A stretch of DNA of 64,000 nucleotides from an uncultured cyanobacterium. Its GTDB lineage: Bacteria > Cyanobacteriota > Cyanobacteriia > Cyanobacteriales > Nostocaceae. The DNA is taken from contig CAVUDP010000002.1 in assembly GCA_963740315.1 (NCBI GenBank), positions 1,568,001 through 1,632,000 on the forward strand, written 5' to 3'. The notes below the pieces were generated by a model that saw only the letters and a list, made by a program, of their open reading frames with translations, searched no databases and was not told the origin of the DNA. This document shows positions 60,924 to 64,000 of this stretch, piece by piece. Numbering within the stretch: position 1 is the stretch's first letter; every line of letters starts with the position of its first letter. The position numbers were made by a program, and so were the translations under genes.

Positions 60924-62291
60924 CTAACTCTTCCAGTCTGCTAACAAATTCGGAAACTTCGCTGGTGTAGAAAATAATCCTCGCAAACTAGAGAGACGAT
61001 TTTGCGATGGTTCTTTACTTATGTTCCACAGGGTTTCGTAGAAGAAGAATGATACTCCTGCAAAGTTGCGATCGCGAACTTGTTTCACCTGTGCTTTAAT
61101 TTGTTGTGCTGGTACGTGTTTGTTTTTTAAGCCGGAAATAATGCCGATGCTTGTGGGAATATGCTTTTTGGCGGCGATTACTTCGGGATACTGCAATTCT
61201 TTGACAAATACGTTCATGTCATCGCGGTAAATTTGAATTATCAAATCTTCTATCAATCCCATACGTTCCCATTTTGCCCAATCTGCTAAAAAGTATTCGT
61301 AGGAAAAGCGTTGGGGATTTGGTGCGACGGAAACTATACAGTTTTTATCCACCGCTTTGATGGCAAAGAATACCTCTTTCATAAAATTGGTAATCTTATC
61401 AGCACGCCATTTTAACCATTCTGGGTTTTTATTATCTCTGGGAGGTGCTTTACCGTTATGCTCTTTTTTGTATAGCGCTACCGTATATTTATCGTATCCA
61501 TACTCCGATGGTAAGCCCAAATGGTCGTCGAATTGAATGCCATCAATGTCATAATTTCGGACGATTTCCACGATTAAATCTTTAATAAATCCCTGCACGT
61601 CGGGATGAAACGGATTTAACCAAACGCGATCGTGGACACCTTCTTTTTTAATCTTGTTACCGTTAACTTTATTGGTAAGCCATTCAGGATGACGTTTTGC
61701 TAATAGTGAATCAGCAGGTGCCATAAAGCCAAATTCAAACCAGGGAATTACCTTCAAACCCCTGGCGTGTCCTTCCACAACGGCTTCTTTGAGCATATCG
61801 CGCCCTTGAAGTCCGGGTTCTGGATCTATGCTACGTCCGATAACGCTTTGTGCAACTTTACTGGGATACAAAGTGTAACCCCAATTCCATACCGCAGGAT
61901 AAACAACGTTGAAATTTAACTCCTTGAGCCGCGTCAAAGCGTTAGTGAGATTTTCACGTTTAAATAAAACATCGCTATCAATATTAGTTAACCAAACTCC
62001 TCGTAACTCAGTAGGTAGCTGACGGTTTGTAACAGTTTGCTGCCTATCCGGTTTAATAGTCGGTAGCTGACGAGATGGAATTGGCAACGTTCGTTTTATA
62101 GTTGGTTGCTGCTGGGTTGTAACAGTCGGCTGCTGGCGAGTTTTAATAATCACTTGAGCCGGTGCGGGGACAGAAAACATGACCCCAGCCATCAGCGAAA
62201 GAGTAAAAACAGCTGCAAGAAACGCCGGTTTTTGACCGCGCTTCTGACTAAACAAAAACAGATCCACACACCACTTAACAAATTTTTTCAT
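60924..62291 (-). CDS. GH10-like (DUF187/YddW-type) glycoside hydrolase
   Basis: ELRGVWLTN, PWFEFGF, WLNPFHPDVQ, YDIDGIQFDDH. Confidence 0.9.
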   Translation of the reverse strand: MKKFVKWCVDLFLFSQKRGQKPAFLAAVFTLSLMAGVMFSVPAPAQVIIKTRQQPTVTTQQQPTIKRTLPIPSRQLPTIKPDRQQTVTNRQLPTELRGVWLTNIDSDVLFKRENLTNALTRLKELNFNVVYPAVWNWGYTLYPSKVAQSVIGRSIDPEPGLQGRDMLKEAVVEGHARGLKVIPWFEFGFMAPADSLLAKRHPEWLTNKVNGNKIKKEGVHDRVWLNPFHPDVQGFIKDLIVEIVRNYDIDGIQFDDHLGLPSEYGYDKYTVALYKKEHNGKAPPRDNKNPEWLKWRADKITNFMKEVFFAIKAVDKNCIVSVAPNPQRFSYEYFLADWAKWERMGLIEDLIIQIYRDDMNVFVKELQYPEVIAAKKHIPTSIGIISGLKNKHVPAQQIKAQVKQVRDRNFAGVSFFFYETLWNISKEPSQNRLSSLRGLFSTPAKFPNLLADWKS

Positions 62292-62352
62292 AATTTACTG
62301 AGTACAAAACTAACTCTCTTGACTCGGATAACTGTTTTGATGTTGCATTAAT

Positions 62353-62518
62353 CAGTGAACAGTGAGCAGTTAACAGTGAGCAGTTAACAGTGAGCAGTTA
62401 ACAGTGAGCAGTTAGGAGTGAGGAGTTAAGAGTTAACAATTGTCTACCCCATCTCCCCATCTCCCCATCCCCCCCTCTCCCCATCTCCCCCTCTCCCCAT
62501 CTCCCCATCCTCCCATCT
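62353..62518. repeat. STRR cluster: (CAGTGAG/CAGTTAA)n then (CCCCATCT)n
   Basis: Direct reading. Confidence 0.9.
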
Positions 62519-62739
62519 CGTAATTCTATCGATATCTAATACTTAGTAATTAAAAATGCGGGGTGTCACACCACATCCTCAATAATTATCCTGTGACTAT
62601 ACTTAGGTAGTTGGAGCAAAAAAGTTATTCAATTTACTCCTACATATCATCCTTAAGCCAGAGTGCATTGGGTGATTGTACTGATAAATTGGATATCGTG
62701 TTTAAATAAGTTCATTAAAACTAAACGAGCAGATTACTG

Positions 62740-63243
62740 ATGATAGGCTTGATTGATTCTCAGAACGGTACGACAAATGATACAGCGGTAGTTCAAAGAT
62801 TGGCAAGGGCGATCGCGCTTTCCGATGGAGAGTTTTCGCTGCTATTAGTGTGCTGCAATGCGAACAAGCAAGAAGAAATTCTCAGCGTTTTGAAAGAGTT
62901 TTCAACGGTGGACATCAGAAAAGTAATTCTGTCATCAAAGGCAGAAACGCTTTACACAAATATTGTTTCCGTACTAGGTTCCGATAAACCCGATGCTTTG
63001 GTAGTCAGGGGTTTGGAATCTGTGGAAGCGATTAATCACCTGATTATTTCCACAAATTTGATGCGCGATGAGTTTGCGAAACAGTTTAAGTTTCCTTTGG
63101 TACTATTCGTGAATGAAGATATTTTACGTAAGTTGGTTAGGTTAGCACCCGATTTAAAAGACTGGGCTGCTAGTACTTTTAGATTTCAAAATTCCCAAAG
63201 AGAGTTAGTGAAGTCTCAGTGGGGAGTAAGTAATTTTAATTAG
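62740..63243 (+). CDS. stand-alone degenerate NTPase-like domain of the type found N-terminal in cyanobacterial WD40/TPR proteins
   Basis: LARAIALSDGEFSLLLVCCN...ALVVRGLESV...NLMRDEF...FPLVLFV...APDLKDWA. Confidence 0.55.
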   Translation: MIGLIDSQNGTTNDTAVVQRLARAIALSDGEFSLLLVCCNANKQEEILSVLKEFSTVDIRKVILSSKAETLYTNIVSVLGSDKPDALVVRGLESVEAINHLIISTNLMRDEFAKQFKFPLVLFVNEDILRKLVRLAPDLKDWAASTFRFQNSQRELVKSQWGVSNFN

Positions 63244-63445
63244 ATGGATTTTATTATAGTTGCGGAAAATACTTAATTTATTTATCTATCTAAATAAATA
63301 TTTTTAACTTTGAGATAATCGAAGCAATTTCAAAGTTTTATTGATTGTTCCTAGCATTACGCCTTATCCTTCAACCTATAGAAAGGATAGGGTGCTTTTA
63401 TCTTTGGGTTTTGGTGAAGTGTTACTCGTATCGTAATTAACTCTC

Positions 63446-63495
63446 GCCTCGGAATCAATTCCGAGGCTCATAAATAAAGTCTACTGAAGTAGACT
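63446..63495. repeat. REP-like double palindrome
   Basis: GCCTCGGAAT-CA-ATTCCGAGGC (63446-63467) and AGTCTACTGAAGTAGACT (63478-63495). Confidence 0.65.
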
Positions 63496-63637
63496 GAAGA
63501 AATTGTATAGCTCAGAATTAGCTTTCATAGAGGTTGGGGGGATTGAGCCGCACCGCTCGCGGTGAACAATATTTGGAACACTATATTTTCCGTTGTGGCT
63601 GCATAATTGCTATAAAAATACTTAGTCAGTTAACTAA

Positions 63638-63991
63638 TTAAGACAAAGTTTCTAAAAAAAAAGAAATATGATATCTAGGATTTTCACTATGTTCCGAATA
63701 AAACTTTCCGATTTCCAGCAATAATTGGTCTTTGAATGCTTCAACAGAGCTACTCCAATCTGGTGATGGTTGGATTTGATTCCAGCAATATTTGGCTTTT
63801 TTCAGTGTTAGTAAACTATATATCAAATCATTTTTTCGCAATTCATCGTTACAAGCTTTAAATTCAGACTTCCATGAGTTACATAATTCTTTGACTCCAG
63901 AACAATCTAATCCCGTGCAATAACTAATACGATTAGATACTTTTGCTAAATTATCCTGTAAATCGGCATCGTGAATAAAATTATCTGCCAT
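63638..63991 (-). CDS. hypothetical protein, possibly extending beyond the window
   Basis: ORF; frame stays open to the window end upstream of the ATG. Confidence 0.45.
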   Translation of the reverse strand: MADNFIHDADLQDNLAKVSNRISYCTGLDCSGVKELCNSWKSEFKACNDELRKNDLIYSLLTLKKAKYCWNQIQPSPDWSSSVEAFKDQLLLEIGKFYSEHSENPRYHISFFLETLS

Positions 63992-64000
63992 TTTTATATA

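Noticed and set aside
1..64000. tRNA/rRNA genes
   Set aside because: No cloverleaf or rRNA-like sequence recognised by eye; a covariance search was not possible.

Overview
AT-rich chromosomal window from a cyanobacterium, inferred to be filamentous/heterocystous (Nostocales/Rivulariaceae-like) from abundant HIP1 octamers (GCGATCGC), 7-8 nt STRR tandem repeats in most intergenic spaces, and gene content. Housekeeping genes include glgB (partial), an ftsL-like gene with ftsI, cobO, a group 2 sigma factor, a HerA-like ATPase, speD, pgk, hemW, clpR-clpP and nucA/nuiA. It also holds three Ser/Thr kinases, three paralogous TPR genes, a DUF433/DUF5615 toxin-antitoxin pair with a frameshifted toxin, a TnpA-less IS200/IS605 element with intact TnpB, and a MITE next to a decayed tnpA. 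The most striking signal is a set of very small (20-80 nt) insertion elements. (1) An identical 24-nt double-minihairpin element splits five HIP1 sites (GCG^ATCGC) in frame inside one TPR gene, adding TSGRASLN to five repeats, while paralogous TPR genes keep empty HIP1 sites. (2) Related hairpin elements nest inside each other, inside STRR arrays and inside the TnpB right-end hairpin. (3) Intergenic STRR clusters show a G-rich arm then C-rich arm polarity, and one cluster encloses an Avd-like four-helix-bundle gene between its arms. All calls come from reading the sequence; no database searches were run.
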